Below, in pieces: positions 61,041-64,000 of a DNA stretch of 64,000 nt. Position 1 is the stretch's first letter. Each line of letters begins with the position of its first letter. The translations under genes were made by a program, and so were the position numbers. The notes under the pieces are model-generated. The model was given only the letters and a program-made list of their open reading frames with translations, was not told where the DNA came from and made no database searches. The DNA comes from the human T2T-CHM13v2.0 reference genome, Homo sapiens. The stretch is taken from the NCBI RefSeq assembly GCF_009914755.1, contig NC_060926.1, one strand, 5' to 3'.

Positions 61041-61564
61041 GAAATCTGAAAGAAGCTCATGTAAATATTATCTACAAAAGCTCAAGTTCAACTTAGATAC
61101 TTTGGGATTTTCATTGAATAAGATCAGCTGAATAGGGGCTTACAAACAAAAATTACCGGTCGATTGAAGAATCAATACAGTATGTGAGAAAGTCAGCAGA
61201 AAGAGCAAATAACAAAGAGCAAAATGCAGAATTGGGACATCATAATGCTTATAAATGTGTATTTAAAGAGGATATTCTGAATAAAAAACATGAACATGAA
61301 TTGCTAAAACAAGTTGGCATGTTAACAGAGTGGTCCAGCAAACTCAGATATGCCATCACATGCAAGAATCTTGAATGGAGAAGCAAATGTCAGTTTCCTA
61401 CCTACTTTTAATCTAATATAGAATGAATTTATCTAAATCTAAAAATATCATACATGTGAGTTACGTTTATTTTACTACATCAGATACCACCTGGGGGTTC
61501 TCTATCTTTCACACAAATGAAGTCAAATGCAAAAAAAAAAAAAAAACTATATACAGATCATGTA

Positions 61565-61800
61565 GGACTTTTAGTGTGGTCTGTGGTTTGGTGCAAGTCT
61601 ATGAACAATTTGTTACTGGGCCATGACAAGATGACACAAAAATTGAAAGTGTTTTAAAAACTTTTGTAGTGAGCCTAACTACAACCTTCAAAGTGTGTAA
61701 TCAGGAAACTTGTCTCAGTGAATATGAAACAAATCAGTGTAAATGTTGTCCATCTTGCGGGGTACATTGTGTCTGATATAACTACCCATGTGACAGTTTA
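61565..61800 (+). mobile_element. Charlie4-like hAT fragment
   Basis: 'agtgtggtctgtgg...gaacaatttgttactgg...aaaattgaaagt..aaaacttttgtag'. Confidence 0.5.
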
Positions 61801-62072
61801 ATCTGTTAAACCCAAAACTATAAAATAGCTTAAGCATATAATTGTGTGTACAAGTTGTTTTTATAAACATCATTTTTATCAAACTTTTTAACATTTATAG
61901 TTTTAGGTATGTAGTCATATATATAGTTTATATAACATTATAGTTTTATAGTATTCATGAGTTAGGAAAGTATTTTATAGTATTCATAAGTTACGAAAGT
62001 ATTTTTATTATTTTTTCACCCTAATTTTTATATGGTGAAACAAGTTCACTTTACGCTTTTGTCAAGAATTAG

Positions 62073-62650
62073 TAAATTAGTTCATACACTCTGGAAAGCA
62101 GTTTGGAGATTTCTCAGGAAACTTAGAACTACCGTTTGATCCAGCTATCCTATTACTGGGTATATATCCAAAAGAAAATAAATCACTCAACCAAAAAGAC
62201 ACATGCACCTGTATCTTTATTGCAGCATTATTCACAAGTAGAAAAACCTGGAATCAATCTAGGTATCCATCAATGGTGGATTGGACAAAGGAAGTGTACA
62301 TATACACCATGGAATACTATGCAGCCATAGAATAGAACAAAATTATGTCCTCTTCAGCCATGTGGATGCAGCTGGAGGCCATTATCCTGAGTGAATTAAT
62401 GCAGGAACAAAAATTAAATACCACATGCTTTCATTTATAAGTGGAAGCTAAACATTGAGTACTCATGGACATAAATATGGCAACAATAGACACTGCGGAC
62501 TACTAGAGGGAAAAGTTTGAGGAACTATTGGTTACTCTGCTCAGTATCTGGGTGACAGGATCATTTGTACCTCAAACCTCAGCATCATGCAATATACCCA
62601 GGTAACAAACCTGCACATGTACTCTCTGAATCTAAAAAGTTGGAAAAATA
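62073..62650 (+). mobile_element. 5'-truncated L1PB-like element
   Basis: 'catggacataaatatggcaacaatagacactgcggactactagaggg'. Confidence 0.85.
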
Positions 62651-62679
62651 ATTAGTATACATTTTGGAAAAATGGTTAT

Positions 62680-63640
<961 letters not shown>

Positions 63641-63644
63641 TCTC

Positions 63645-64000
63645 TTAGGAACTTACACAAATTTACAAGAGAAAAGCAACCCCGTTAAAAAGGGGCAAAA
63701 GAAATGAAAAGACACTTATTGAAAGAAGACATACATGTATCCAACAAGCATGTGAAAAAAAACCTCAATATCACCGATTGTTAGAAAAATGCAAATCAAA
63801 GCCACAATGACATATCATCTCACAGCAGTCAGAGTGGCTATTCTTAAAAAGTCAAAAAAAATTGCTGGCGAGGTTGTAGAGAAAAAGGGAATAGTTACAC
63901 ACTGTTGGTGGGAGTGTAAATTAGTTCAACCATGGTGGAAAGCGGTATGGCAATTCCACAAAAAGCTGAACACAGAACTGCCATTCCATCCATCAATCCC
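63645..64000 (+). mobile_element. Old L1PA ORF2 3' fragment running off the window
   Basis: 'aagaagacatacatgtatccaacaagcat...gcaaatcaaagccacaatga'. Confidence 0.85.

Overview
AT-rich, repeat-dense hominid (very probably human) genomic DNA, intergenic or deep-intronic. I recognise no host protein-coding exon, tRNA, rRNA or CRISPR array. Every long ORF is LINE-1 derived; the short ORFs come from Alu, microsatellite or chance sequence. Main contents: a full-length 6.0-kb L1PA2-type element (43884-49903, minus strand, 16-bp TSD, dead ORF1/ORF2, intact 71-aa antisense ORF0) nested in an older L1PA13-like copy; a 3.4-kb L1PA4-like element that splits a MER5A and appears to carry a ~110-bp 3' transduction; 12 Alus, one of them trimeric; solo LTRs (MER67, MER31, LTR8 fragment, MER54-like, MLT1); and many MIR/L2/L1M relics. 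I cannot demonstrate a new biological system. The best leads are the putative 3' transduction, an L1 antisense-promoter/ORF0 unit facing candidate acceptors and a poly(A) signal at 53.6-54.2 kb, a clean minus-strand candidate exon (55087-55222), a tandem NF-kB plus octamer cluster (18.35 kb), nested inverted L1 pairs, and several fold-back/template-switch scars. Subfamily names come from remembered consensus sequences and need RepeatMasker/Dfam confirmation. Boundaries of ancient elements are approximate.
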